NCBI GenBank assembly: GCA_963664435.2
Contig: CAXXKM010000002.1
Coordinates: 736,001-800,000 of the forward strand
Origin: Longimicrobiales bacterium
GTDB lineage: Bacteria > Gemmatimonadota > Gemmatimonadetes > Longimicrobiales > Gaopeijiaceae
Direction: 5' to 3'
DNA length: 64,000 bases
Part shown: positions 11,527 through 21,010 of the stretch, piece after piece
How positions within the stretch are numbered: position 1 is the first letter of the stretch
Layout: the number at the start of each line of letters is the position of its first letter
Program-made: the position numbers and the translations under genes
The notes under the pieces: model-generated
What the model saw: only the letters and a program-made list of their open reading frames with translations
Told to the model about the DNA's origin: nothing
Database searches by the model: none

Positions 11527-13830
11527 TCAGCCTCCCGGCGCCAGCACCAGCCGGTTCTCCGCCTGCGCCTCCACTGCCTCGCGCGAGAAGAGCATCGGGA
11601 AGTACTCCCGGTTGGCCCAATCCTCGGTGAGGTTGCCGTAGTAGGGGCTCCCCGGCCGGCCGGACTGTCCCGGCGCGTTGGTAAGCAGCGACCCGTCCAG
11701 GTCGCCGAAGTCGACGATGTGGCGGTAGGTGGCTCCCGTCGCCGCCACCGTGCCCGCGCCCCCGGAGCGCTCCGCCGGGGGCAGGTCGTAGGCGGTGACC
11801 AGCGCGTGCGGGAACTCGTTGCGGTGGTCGCGTCCCCAGCGCCATTGGGCGGGATCGTCGCCCTGGTCGCGCGCGATCCGGTCCAGGGCGGCGGCGAGGG
11901 CTGCTTCCAGCGCGGCCGCTGAATCCCCGCCCCCGTCGCCCGCGACCTGCTGGAGCAAATCCGGGTCGAGGCGGCGGTAGATCGCGGCCGCGCGGCTGTC
12001 GCGGTCGAACACCCCGCTCCAGGCGGCCAGCTCGGCCCGGTAGGACTCCACTTCGGCGTCGCTCGCCGTCCATCCGCCGAAGAGCGCCGCGTGGGCCGCG
12101 CCCGACGCCGAATACGCATCCTGCTGGAGCGCCCGCGAGTCCTCGGGCGTGAAATCGCTGCCCGCGTTCAGCACCTCACGCACACGCGCGAAGCGGGCGA
12201 AGGGCCCGGCGGTCTTGAAGAAGAGCGGCGGGTCGTATCCCGGGGGATGAATGTCGTGGTTGGCGGTTCCCACCCATCCGCGCTCCGGATTGTATTCGGT
12301 GGGAAGATCATCGCGGAAGCCGTCCCACTCGTATTCCCCCGTGCCCGGCACCGGCAGCCGCCCGTGCCAGTTGGGACGGCTCGGCGAGAGCGCCGCGGCC
12401 TGCCAGGCGATGTTCCCGTCCGCGTCGCCGCAGATCATGTTCTCGGTCGGCGCCAGCCAGTAGCGCATCTCCTCCAGAAACGCGCTGCAGTCGGAGACCA
12501 CGTTGAGCCGCAGGCCCGCCAGGTATCCCGTGGTCCCCGGTTGGTGCATGGTCGAGCGCATGGCGTAGGCCAGGTTGTTTTCGGGATCCCGGTGGAAGAT
12601 CGGTCCGTGACGCGAAAACTCGAGCTCCATGGTCACGGGCTCGCCGTCCCTGACCTGGACGGTTTCCGTGATGGTCCGCACCTCCTCCCAGCCATCGCCC
12701 CAGCGCACTTCCTTCGGGTTGTCCGGGTTCACCTGCTCGACGTACACGTCGGACTGGTCGGTGCCGACGATGGTGAGCCCCCAGGCGATGCGCCCGTTGT
12801 GCCCGATCGCCACCCCGGGAAGCACCGGCTCGGTCGAACCGATGGTGGTCCAGCCGGGCGCATCCAGGTGCACCACGTAGCGAAGGGACGGGTTGGTCAC
12901 CCCGCGGTGCGGGTCGTTGGCCACGATCGCATGGCCGCTCGCGGTGCGGCTCCCGTGGATCGCCCAGTTGTTGCTCCCGGGGGAGGTCTCGCGCGCGCCA
13001 AGGTTGAGCGCCATCTCCGACCCCATCCAATCGGTGTAGGGGGCGACCAGCGGCGGGCTGCTCATGGCATTGCGAAATCCCGTCACCCCGGCCAGCACTT
13101 CGCCCGAGATCAGCTCCATGTCGACGCCGTCGGGCACGACCAGGTCCCGCCACGGCGTCGGATTCGCCTGCCGGTTGGCCTCCTCCGCGCCCAGATCGCC
13201 CACCCGCAGCGCCAACTGCAGCTCGCGCCGCACATCCGCCAGAGGCATCGCCGTCTGCATGCGCAGCAGAGGCGTCTCGGCGCTCCAGTATTCGGGCTCG
13301 AGACCCGTGAGCAGGAACTCCACGGGGAGCTCACCCGCCGCCGTGGCGTGATCGATGTACGCATTGATCCCCGCTGCGAAGGCCTCCAGGATGCGCCGGC
13401 CCTCCGGGTGGTAGCTGGTGAACTCGGCGTCGTCGAAGGGGCCCCGGAACATGAGCAGGCGCGCGACGCGGTCGTGCTGCAGCGCCTCCGCGCCCAGCAC
13501 CTCGCTCAGCCGGCCCTCGCCGGCCCTCCGGTACATCTCCATCTGCCAGAGACGGTCCTGTGCCTGGACGAAGCCCTGTGCGAAGAACAGGTCGTCGAGG
13601 CCCGAGGCGTAGATGTGGGGGATGCCCCAGGGATCGCGCAGCACCTCGACTTCGGCCTCGAGCCCCGGGACTTCGATACGCCCATCGATCCGGGGCAACT
13701 GCGCCTGTGCGAGCTCTTCGAAGCTTGCCGTTGGACTCTCCGCGCACGCGCAGACGAAGGCGAGGAAGCCGAATGTGGCGACGGCCACGCCGGGGTGCCG
13801 GGCGAATCCGGAGACACGGATGGGGCTCAT
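11527..13830 (-). CDS. Penicillin acylase family (Ntn hydrolase)
   Basis: RDPWGIPHIYA, AQDRLWQM, nucleophile GSNNW, ANDPH, PGQSG.PGSPYY. Confidence 0.93.
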   Translation of the reverse strand: MSPIRVSGFARHPGVAVATFGFLAFVCACAESPTASFEELAQAQLPRIDGRIEVPGLEAEVEVLRDPWGIPHIYASGLDDLFFAQGFVQAQDRLWQMEMYRRAGEGRLSEVLGAEALQHDRVARLLMFRGPFDDAEFTSYHPEGRRILEAFAAGINAYIDHATAAGELPVEFLLTGLEPEYWSAETPLLRMQTAMPLADVRRELQLALRVGDLGAEEANRQANPTPWRDLVVPDGVDMELISGEVLAGVTGFRNAMSSPPLVAPYTDWMGSEMALNLGARETSPGSNNWAIHGSRTASGHAIVANDPHRGVTNPSLRYVVHLDAPGWTTIGSTEPVLPGVAIGHNGRIAWGLTIVGTDQSDVYVEQVNPDNPKEVRWGDGWEEVRTITETVQVRDGEPVTMELEFSRHGPIFHRDPENNLAYAMRSTMHQPGTTGYLAGLRLNVVSDCSAFLEEMRYWLAPTENMICGDADGNIAWQAAALSPSRPNWHGRLPVPGTGEYEWDGFRDDLPTEYNPERGWVGTANHDIHPPGYDPPLFFKTAGPFARFARVREVLNAGSDFTPEDSRALQQDAYSASGAAHAALFGGWTASDAEVESYRAELAAWSGVFDRDSRAAAIYRRLDPDLLQQVAGDGGGDSAAALEAALAAALDRIARDQGDDPAQWRWGRDHRNEFPHALVTAYDLPPAERSGGAGTVAATGATYRHIVDFGDLDGSLLTNAPGQSGRPGSPYYGNLTEDWANREYFPMLFSREAVEAQAENRLVLAPGG

Positions 13831-13953
13831 GGGCTTCTCCAGGGGGAAGTGTTGCGGCTGGACGCGGTGCCGGAACGCGCGCAGACTACTAGCTTCGGGA
13901 CGTAACCGGGTCCACGCAAACCGGAATACTCGATGAACTGCGATTCCAGGCCG

Positions 13954-14574
13954 ATGAAGTGCACTTCGTCGGCGTACGCACTCGCTTCAGGATTCCTTCT
14001 TCTGGGCGGGATCTCGTTTTCCGCGCCGCAGGTCGTGCATGCCCAGGACCCGGGGATGGGCTTCGAACATCTTGCGGGCGTCGATGTCGTCCTCGCCTTC
14101 GACGATCCCACCGCCAATCGCGTGCTGGAAGCGGCGTTCCAGGAATCGCTCGGACGCCGGATGGGCATCAACCTGCTCGCCACTGCGCAGCCGGATGCGC
14201 TGTCGGTGGTGGCGGTGGCGACCTGCGTGCCTCAGGACTGCGCGAGCGCCGAGTTCTACTCCGTGGCGCTTCTGCTGTCGAATCACTACGACGCCACCTG
14301 GGCCATCGAACTGCTCTCGCACGAGTCCCAGGAGCTCGCGGACCTCTACGCCCCGCGGGTCGCCGAGCTGATGGAGCCGCTCGGCATGTGGGCGGAGGCC
14401 TGGCGCCCCGGCGAATACCGGACGCAGGTGGACACCTTCGTGGATCGGCTTGAAGCCCGGTGTTTCGGGCCGGCCCTGGCCAGGCGCGGCATCGTTGCGG
14501 CGATGGCGATCGGGGACAGCGCCCGCGCCCGCCAGCTGGACCAGGTGGCCAGCGACGAACGGGCGCTCTGTTAG
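13954..14574 (+). CDS. Hypothetical secreted protein
   Basis: Signal peptide ending VHAQ and coding-like composition; no recognised domain. Confidence 0.55.
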   Translation: MKCTSSAYALASGFLLLGGISFSAPQVVHAQDPGMGFEHLAGVDVVLAFDDPTANRVLEAAFQESLGRRMGINLLATAQPDALSVVAVATCVPQDCASAEFYSVALLLSNHYDATWAIELLSHESQELADLYAPRVAELMEPLGMWAEAWRPGEYRTQVDTFVDRLEARCFGPALARRGIVAAMAIGDSARARQLDQVASDERALC

Positions 14575-14584
14575 GTGGCCGGGG

Positions 14585-15769
14585 CTACGCGCCCGCCGCC
14601 CTCCACGCATCCAGGACCTCGCGCTCCCGCTCACGGTTCATGCCGGCGCGCCGGTTGAGGCGCTCCTCTTCGGGCCGGGTCCTGTCCCAGTCCACGGTGT
14701 CGCGGCTGGTCACCGCCAGCGGGCGGAAGCTGAGGCCGGTGGCGAGCGCGCGGTCGATGTCGACGTACATCAGGTCGGCTCCGGGCGCCCACGCCGGCAG
14801 GTCGCCGAAGGGCCTCACCCCCTGCGCCTCCAGGAAGTCCTCCGGCACCCAGGTGAACTCGACCGGCGTCGAGGTGGCCGCGCGAATGCCGTAGAGCATC
14901 TCGGCCATCGACATGCGGGCGGCCGGACCGGTGGCGTTGAAGTCGCCGGCGACGCCCTCCTCGGCCAGTCGTACGATCCACTCGGTGATGTCGCGCTGGT
15001 CGATGATCTGGTTGGCGTGCTCCGGGTTGCCGGGTGCGAGCACCTCGCCGCCCTCGAAGATGCGCAGCGGCCAGTAGGTGAAGCGGTCCGTCCGGTCGCC
15101 CGGTCCTACGATCAGGCCCGGCCGCACGATGGTGGCGCGGCCCGGGAAGGCTTCGTGAGCGATGTCCTCGCTCAGCGCCTTCATGAGCCCGTAGTGGGCT
15201 TCGTCCCCGTCCTGCCAGCCTTCGGGGGGCGTAAAGCGCGCCGAGTCCTCGTCGATGAGGTGCTCATACAGGACGCGGTCCTTGTGCTCGTACGCGAGTC
15301 CGGGGCTGAGATAGGCCGAAATCGACGAGACGAAGATGTATTGCTCCGCGGCGTCCCGCAGCAGCTCCGTGCTCAGCTGCGCCCAGCGGTAGTTCTGCGT
15401 GTTGTTGTCGAGCACGACATCCCAGTTGCGGCCCTCGAGGGCGGCCAGGTCGCCGTTGCGGTCGCCGACGAGGTGCTCCACGTCCGGGAGGTCGGCCTGC
15501 GCGCGCCCGCGCGTGAAGATGGTCACCTCGTGGCCACGCTCGACCGCGTAGCGAACCATGTGCGGGCCGATGAAGCCGGTGCCGCCCAGGATGAGGAGCC
15601 TCTTCGGCGACGGAGCCTGCTGGGGCCGCGGGCCGGATTCGTCGCCGGCACGACGCGCGGGCGGGCCGCTGATGGAGGCGAGGCTGACGCCGGGGGCGCC
15701 GAGCCCGAGTCCCAGTCCGGCCCCGGCGATGCCGGTCGTGCGCAGGAAATCCCGGCGTGTCGGGTTCAT
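14585..15769 (-). CDS. NAD-dependent epimerase/dehydratase family protein with twin-arginine signal
   Basis: TRRDFL Tat motif, LILGGTGFIG, YIFVSSISAY, YG.MK, RPGLIVGP.D. Confidence 0.88.
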   Translation of the reverse strand: MNPTRRDFLRTTGIAGAGLGLGLGAPGVSLASISGPPARRAGDESGPRPQQAPSPKRLLILGGTGFIGPHMVRYAVERGHEVTIFTRGRAQADLPDVEHLVGDRNGDLAALEGRNWDVVLDNNTQNYRWAQLSTELLRDAAEQYIFVSSISAYLSPGLAYEHKDRVLYEHLIDEDSARFTPPEGWQDGDEAHYGLMKALSEDIAHEAFPGRATIVRPGLIVGPGDRTDRFTYWPLRIFEGGEVLAPGNPEHANQIIDQRDITEWIVRLAEEGVAGDFNATGPAARMSMAEMLYGIRAATSTPVEFTWVPEDFLEAQGVRPFGDLPAWAPGADLMYVDIDRALATGLSFRPLAVTSRDTVDWDRTRPEEERLNRRAGMNREREREVLDAWRAAGA

Positions 15770-15785
15770 CGTGTTTTCTCCCCGG

Positions 15786-16241
15786 CTACTGACGCGTCAG
15801 CGAGCCTGAAAGGATTACGCGCCCGCAGAAGTCCGTGTCGGCATGCTCCGAGACCTCCGCGCTTCTTCCGAAAAACCTAACGGTTGAACTGAGCGTCCTG
15901 GTGGGCCCGCAGAACTCCTCGTTGACCGAGGCGGAAAAGCCTCCGCCCGTCAACTCCAGGAATCCGGTGGCGTCCAGTGTTCCGGTAACGGCGGGGATCG
16001 TAGCGCTTCCGCCGGCAGCCTGGACCTCGCCTGTAACCGTCACGCTTTCCCCGGCCTGCTCCACGACGACGATCAGCGATCCCTGTATGCCCTGCTGGTT
16101 CAGCAGGAACTGGACGATGAACGATCCGGTGTAGGTGCCCGCGACATCGGGAATCGGCCCGGTCGGCTCATCGTCGCCGCATGCCGCCCCGACGAGCACG
16201 AGGACAGCTGTCGCAAGGCCTCTTCGCCATGGCTGCGTCAT
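15786..16241 (-). CDS. Hypothetical lipoprotein
   Basis: MTQPWRRGLATAVLVLVGAAC lipobox followed by a beta-rich domain. Confidence 0.65.
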   Translation of the reverse strand: MTQPWRRGLATAVLVLVGAACGDDEPTGPIPDVAGTYTGSFIVQFLLNQQGIQGSLIVVVEQAGESVTVTGEVQAAGGSATIPAVTGTLDATGFLELTGGGFSASVNEEFCGPTRTLSSTVRFFGRSAEVSEHADTDFCGRVILSGSLTRQ

Positions 16242-16381
16242 GATCGTGTCCGACCTCCTCTCGCGTACACCGGTTGTGCGCCCGTCGCCTGCACCGAAAA
16301 GCCTAGCTGCGGGATGGTCGGGCTGCAACGGCTTCGAGCGGGGCTGGACGTTCCGCTGGCGGCTCACCATGGTGCCGGGAC

Positions 16382-17425
16382 ATGAGAATCTCGATGGCGC
16401 TCGTCATCGCGGCTGCCGCCGCATGCGCCGACTCCACGCAGACCACCTCGGTGGACCAGCCACTCGAGGGCTGCCCCGCCCCCGGCGCGGGCACCACGAT
16501 CGGAGGGCTTCCAGGAACCGGAGCGGATGCTACCCCGTCTCCCGTGCGCCGGCTGGCGCTCATGGGAGGCGGCCCGGAGGAGGACGGCGCCGCCCGCCGT
16601 TTCGCGGAGGCGGCCGCCGGGGGCGACATCGTCGTGTTGCGCGCGACCGGATCGCTGACCAGCTACCCGGACTACTTCTCGGTGGAACTGGCTCCCGGTC
16701 CGGCTCCGGCCTCCGTGGTCACGATTCGTACCGACACGCCGCCGCTGGCGGACCACCCGAGCGTCCTCTGCCGCCTCGACAGAGCGGAAGCGATATGGTT
16801 TGCGGGCGGAAGCCAGTGGGACTACCTGGGGCGTTGGCCGCATCCCGTCCATGTCGCCATCAGGGAAGCGGCGCGGCGCGGCGCGGCCATGGGTGGCACC
16901 AGCGCGGGCGCGGTTTCGATGGGCGAAGCCGCATTCGATGCCCGGCACGGTACGGTCACCTCGGATGAGGCTCTCGCGGGCCCGGCGGACGCCGCGGTCA
17001 GCGTCGGGCCGTCCAACATGCCGCAGCCCGAGCTTCGCAACATGATCGTGGACTCCCACTTCACGGAGCGTTCCCGCGAGGGACGGCTGCTCGCCTTCCT
17101 CGGGCGTCTGCTTGCCCTGCATCGTGCGGGATCGTTCGTCGGGATCGGCATCGACGAGGGGGCCGCGCTGGAGATCGAGGACGACGGCTACAGAGTGTCT
17201 TCTGTACGTGGAGGCGCGGTGTGGATGTACGAGGCTACGGGTCCGGCCGTCGTGCAACCGGGCAGGCCGCTCTCGCTGGACGGCATACGCCGCGTGCGGC
17301 TGGCGGACGGAGCCTCGGGCCGCTGGCCCTTCCTGTTCGATGAGGCCGAACGTGTGCAGGAACTCGTGGTGGAGAAGGGGGAGGTGCGGGTCAGGGGCGT
17401 GAGCGCTGCGGGCGACAGCAGATAA
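16382..17425 (+). CDS. Cyanophycinase-like S51 peptidase (lipoprotein)
   Basis: LMGGG, IWFAGGSQ, GGTSAGA nucleophile, VDSHF..R.R.GR, GIGIDE. Confidence 0.85.
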   Translation: MRISMALVIAAAAACADSTQTTSVDQPLEGCPAPGAGTTIGGLPGTGADATPSPVRRLALMGGGPEEDGAARRFAEAAAGGDIVVLRATGSLTSYPDYFSVELAPGPAPASVVTIRTDTPPLADHPSVLCRLDRAEAIWFAGGSQWDYLGRWPHPVHVAIREAARRGAAMGGTSAGAVSMGEAAFDARHGTVTSDEALAGPADAAVSVGPSNMPQPELRNMIVDSHFTERSREGRLLAFLGRLLALHRAGSFVGIGIDEGAALEIEDDGYRVSSVRGGAVWMYEATGPAVVQPGRPLSLDGIRRVRLADGASGRWPFLFDEAERVQELVVEKGEVRVRGVSAAGDSR

Positions 17426-17452
17426 CAACTCCGGAAAGGCGAGCCTCCCCGT

Positions 17453-18820
17453 CTATCTCCCCGCTTCCACTCGTACGCAGGCCCGCCGCAGCCGCTCCAA
17501 CCCTTCTGCGACCTCCTCCCGGCTGATCAGCATGGAGGGGCCGATGCGGATTACGTGGCCGCCCATGCCGCCGAGGCCGATGAGCACGCCTTCCTCGCGG
17601 GCGGCTTCCAGGAGCGCCTTCCCGAGGCGGGGGGCGGGCTCCCTGGTGACCGGGTCCTCCACCAGCTCCAGGGCGATCATAAGGCCCATGCCGCGCACGT
17701 CGCCGATCCACGGATAGTCGCGCTGGAGCGATTCAAGCCCCGAGCGCATCTGGCGGCCGCGCTCGGCGGACCGGGCGGGAGTGTTCTCCTCGACCATGAC
17801 GTCCATGGTCGCGCGCGCGGCCGCCATGGACACCGGGCTGCCCCCGTAGGTGGAGAAGGTGAGCCCCGTCCAGGCGGCCGCGATCTCCCCGCGGGCCAGG
17901 GTGCCGCCGACCGGGAAGCCGTTCGCCACCCCCTTGGCCACGACCATGATGTCGGGCTCGACCTCCCAGTGCTCGATGCCGAACCAGCGGTCGCCCGTAC
18001 GGCCGAGCCCGGCCTGCACCTCGTCGCAGATGAACACGCCTCCGTAGGCGCGGATCACTTCGGCGGCGCGCGTGTGGTACCCGGGCGGCGGGACGATGTA
18101 GCCGCCCACCCCCTGGATGGTCTCGGCGAGCAGGGCCGCCGGGCGGCCGGTGGTCGTGGTCTCGATCACCTCGACCAGCTCGTCGATGTAGCGGTCGACG
18201 TTGTGGCCGTCGGCGTGCCGGTACGGGTAGGGCGCGATGGCGTGCCGGATCGGGGCCGTCGCGGGGAGCGGCTTCCACTGGGCCTGCCCGGTGAGGCTGG
18301 TCGCCAGCGTGCTGCGCCCGGAATAGCCCAGCCGCAGGCCGATGATCTCGCTGCGCCGGGTATGCATCTGCGCCAGCATGACCGCGGTCTCGATGGCCTC
18401 GGTGCCGCTGTTGGTGAACATGACCTGGTCGAGGCCGGCGGGCGCGAGGCCGGTGAGCCGCTCCGCCGCGGACACATACGGTTCCGTCACGTAGAGATTC
18501 GAGGTGTGGCCCAGCCGGACGACCTGGTCCTGCACCGCGGCGACCACCCTCGGATGGCAGTGCCCGATGGACGTGGTCAGAATGCCCGCGAACAGGTCGA
18601 GATACGCTCGCCCGTCGGCGCCTCTGGCCCGGACGCCCTCCGCTTCTACGAGCACCAGAGGCTCGTCGTACAACGGCTTCACGCAGGGGAAGATGGAGGC
18701 GCGCTGGCGGGCGATCAGGTCCGTCGCATCGACCCCTCGCGAGCCGTCCGCAGGCGATTGTGCCACGCCCGAGTGCGCCTCTGCCGCGGGCGCTTGAGCC
18801 ACGGTCCTGGTAGCTGTCAT
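17453..18820 (-). CDS. Class III PLP aminotransferase (AGXT2/beta-alanine type)
   Basis: YLDLFAG, FTNSGTEA, ETIQGVGG, DEVQAGLGRTG, PDIMVVAKG. Confidence 0.9.
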   Translation of the reverse strand: MTATRTVAQAPAAEAHSGVAQSPADGSRGVDATDLIARQRASIFPCVKPLYDEPLVLVEAEGVRARGADGRAYLDLFAGILTTSIGHCHPRVVAAVQDQVVRLGHTSNLYVTEPYVSAAERLTGLAPAGLDQVMFTNSGTEAIETAVMLAQMHTRRSEIIGLRLGYSGRSTLATSLTGQAQWKPLPATAPIRHAIAPYPYRHADGHNVDRYIDELVEVIETTTTGRPAALLAETIQGVGGYIVPPPGYHTRAAEVIRAYGGVFICDEVQAGLGRTGDRWFGIEHWEVEPDIMVVAKGVANGFPVGGTLARGEIAAAWTGLTFSTYGGSPVSMAAARATMDVMVEENTPARSAERGRQMRSGLESLQRDYPWIGDVRGMGLMIALELVEDPVTREPAPRLGKALLEAAREEGVLIGLGGMGGHVIRIGPSMLISREEVAEGLERLRRACVRVEAGR

Positions 18821-18839
18821 CGGATTGCGCTCACCCGCA

Positions 18840-20318
18840 CTACCACCGCGTGATCACCACGCGCTTGTCGGTGAAGAACTCGACGGAATCGCGCCCCTGG
18901 GCCTTGAGGTCGCCGAAGAAGGAGCCGCGCGACCCGCCGAAGGGGAAGAAGGCCATCGGCGCCGCCACGCCGATGTTGATGCCGATCATGCTGATGCCGG
19001 CGTGGTAGCGGAACTCGCGCGCCGCGCGCCCGCTCGTCGTAAAGATCGAGGTGGCGTTGCCGTACTCGCTCCGGTGCATGAGCTCGATGGCGTCCTCCAC
19101 GGTATCGACCCTGGACATCCCCATCACCGGCCCGAAGATCTCGTCCTTGCCAATCGCCATGTCGGGGTGCACGTCCTCGAAGATGGTCGGGCCGACCCAG
19201 TTGCCGTCCGGGTAGCCGGGCACCCGGGCTTCGCGCCCGTCCATCACCAGCGATGCGCCCTCCTGGACCCCGCTGTCGATGTAGCCCACCACACGGTCGC
19301 GGTGGCGGGCCGAGATCACCGGGCCCATGTCCACCCCGTCCTCGAGCCCGTTGCCCACGCGCAGCGAGGCGGAGCGGTCGAGAATGCGCTCGCGGATGTT
19401 CGCGTAGGCGTCGGCCACCCCCACCACGACGCTGCCCGCGAGACAGCGCTGACCGGCCGAGCCGAAGATCGACGACACCACCGCGTCGGCCACCAGGTCG
19501 TAGTCCGCGTCCGGGAGCACGATCATGTGGTTCTTGGCGCCCCCGAGCGCCTGCACCCGCTTCCCGGCCGCGCCCGCCTTCCTGTAGAGGATGCGCGCGA
19601 CCTGGCTCGATCCCACGAAGGACACCCCCGCGATGCCGGGATGCTCGAGCAGGGCGGTCACTGCCTCGCGGTCGCCGTGCACCACATTGAGCACGCCGGG
19701 GGGCAGGCCCGCCTGCTCGGCCAGCTCCACCACGTGCTGGTGTGTCAGCGGATCCTGCTCGCTGGGCTTGAGCACCACTGTGTTGCCCGCCGCCACCGCG
19801 TAGGGCCAGAACCACATCGGGATCATCACGGGGAAGTTGTACGGGGAGACGACGGCGAAGACGCCGAGCGGCTGCCGGATGGCTTCGCAGTCGATGCCCG
19901 GGGCCACGTCCTCGAGCACATCGCCCATCATCAGCGTTGGGATGCCGCAGGCGTGTTCGACGTTCTCGATGCCGCGCTGCACCTCGCCCCTGCACTCGTC
20001 CAGGTTCTTTCCGTGCTCGATGACCAGGGAACGGGCCAGCGCGTCCCTGTGCTCGTCGAGCAGGTGCTTCAGGCGGAAGAGCACCCGGGCCCGATCCACT
20101 GCGGGCGTGCCGCGCCAACCCGGGAAGGCCGCGGTAGCCGCGGCGACGGCCGTGTCCACATCCTCCCCCGTGGAGAGGGGCACGCGCCCCAGCGGCTCGC
20201 CGGTGGTGGGATTGGTAACCGGCAGAGAACCCGTGCCTGACGGCGCCGTCCAGCGGCCCGCGACATAGTTGCGGATGGGCTGGGCGGAAACGTCGATGGT
20301 GATGGTGTCGGCGGACAT
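18840..20318 (-). CDS. mmsA: CoA-acylating (methyl)malonate-semialdehyde dehydrogenase
   Basis: PYNFP, LKPSEQDP, SFVGSS, KRVQALGGAKNH, GSAGQRCLA, EIFGP, FFPFGG...SFFGD. Confidence 0.9.
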   Translation of the reverse strand: MSADTITIDVSAQPIRNYVAGRWTAPSGTGSLPVTNPTTGEPLGRVPLSTGEDVDTAVAAATAAFPGWRGTPAVDRARVLFRLKHLLDEHRDALARSLVIEHGKNLDECRGEVQRGIENVEHACGIPTLMMGDVLEDVAPGIDCEAIRQPLGVFAVVSPYNFPVMIPMWFWPYAVAAGNTVVLKPSEQDPLTHQHVVELAEQAGLPPGVLNVVHGDREAVTALLEHPGIAGVSFVGSSQVARILYRKAGAAGKRVQALGGAKNHMIVLPDADYDLVADAVVSSIFGSAGQRCLAGSVVVGVADAYANIRERILDRSASLRVGNGLEDGVDMGPVISARHRDRVVGYIDSGVQEGASLVMDGREARVPGYPDGNWVGPTIFEDVHPDMAIGKDEIFGPVMGMSRVDTVEDAIELMHRSEYGNATSIFTTSGRAAREFRYHAGISMIGINIGVAAPMAFFPFGGSRGSFFGDLKAQGRDSVEFFTDKRVVITRW

Positions 20319-20524
20319 GGCGTCAACTCCCGCAGGCGGCGGCAGGAAGGGGCAGGGCGGCAACCTCGGACCGAAGAATCGCTCTCAACCCAGGGTCGAG
20401 GGATGGCTCTGAAGTGTCCGAACAGGCCCCTGCGGTGTCAAGGCATTTCGGGGCCCGCAACGAGTGGGCTGGTGTCTTCCGGAGATCGGATGAGGCTCGC
20501 CGTCCGGTCCTCCCGGCCGGCCAC

Positions 20525-20812
20525 TCAGTCCCGCTCCTCGCGGAAGAAGTCGATCCTGCAGCGCACCGGGCCATCGATCGCGACCCGGTGACGCATCCGG
20601 GGGTGGATCGTGACACCGTCCGGCGCGGCGATCCTCCGCGTCTCGCCGGTTTCGAGATTCACGAAGCGCAGGCTTCCCTCCAGGACGCTGAGCATCCCCC
20701 AGTGTCCCGGGGCGAGAGCGTGCTCCCGTTGCAATGCGTCCGGGAGCGTGTCCTGCGTGAAGATGGGGGAGCTGTGGCTGGAGATGAGCCCGTCGGGCAG
20801 AGGATCGGTCAT
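20525..20812 (-). CDS. DUF1971/TehB-YeaR-like small cupin (tellurite-resistance-associated)
   Basis: SPIFTQDTLPDALQREH..A.G.WG.LSVLEGSLRF...I.P...HRV. This is the C-terminal 95 aa of a long shadow ORF. Confidence 0.75.
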   Translation of the reverse strand: MTDPLPDGLISSHSSPIFTQDTLPDALQREHALAPGHWGMLSVLEGSLRFVNLETGETRRIAAPDGVTIHPRMRHRVAIDGPVRCRIDFFREERD

Positions 20813-20913
20813 TGTGCGCGATTGCTCGGTGCGGGTTCGCCGGATCATCTCGTGTGCCCCAGGGGAGCAGGTGTTGCCGTGTCTCGCCACTGTCCCCGGG
20901 CACGAGGCATGTC

Positions 20914-20955
20914 CGTTGTCCCGATGTCGTTGTCCCGATGTCGTTGCCCCGGTGG
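20914..20955. repeat. 14-bp tandem repeat in divergent intergenic region
   Basis: CGTTGTCCCGATGT x2 (20914, 20928) plus degenerate CGTTGCCCCGGTGG. Confidence 0.8.
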
Positions 20956-21010
20956 ACATCGCCGGGTCATCTTTCTCAAGCAAACCAATTCCCCGCATCG
21001 GAGGAAGGCC

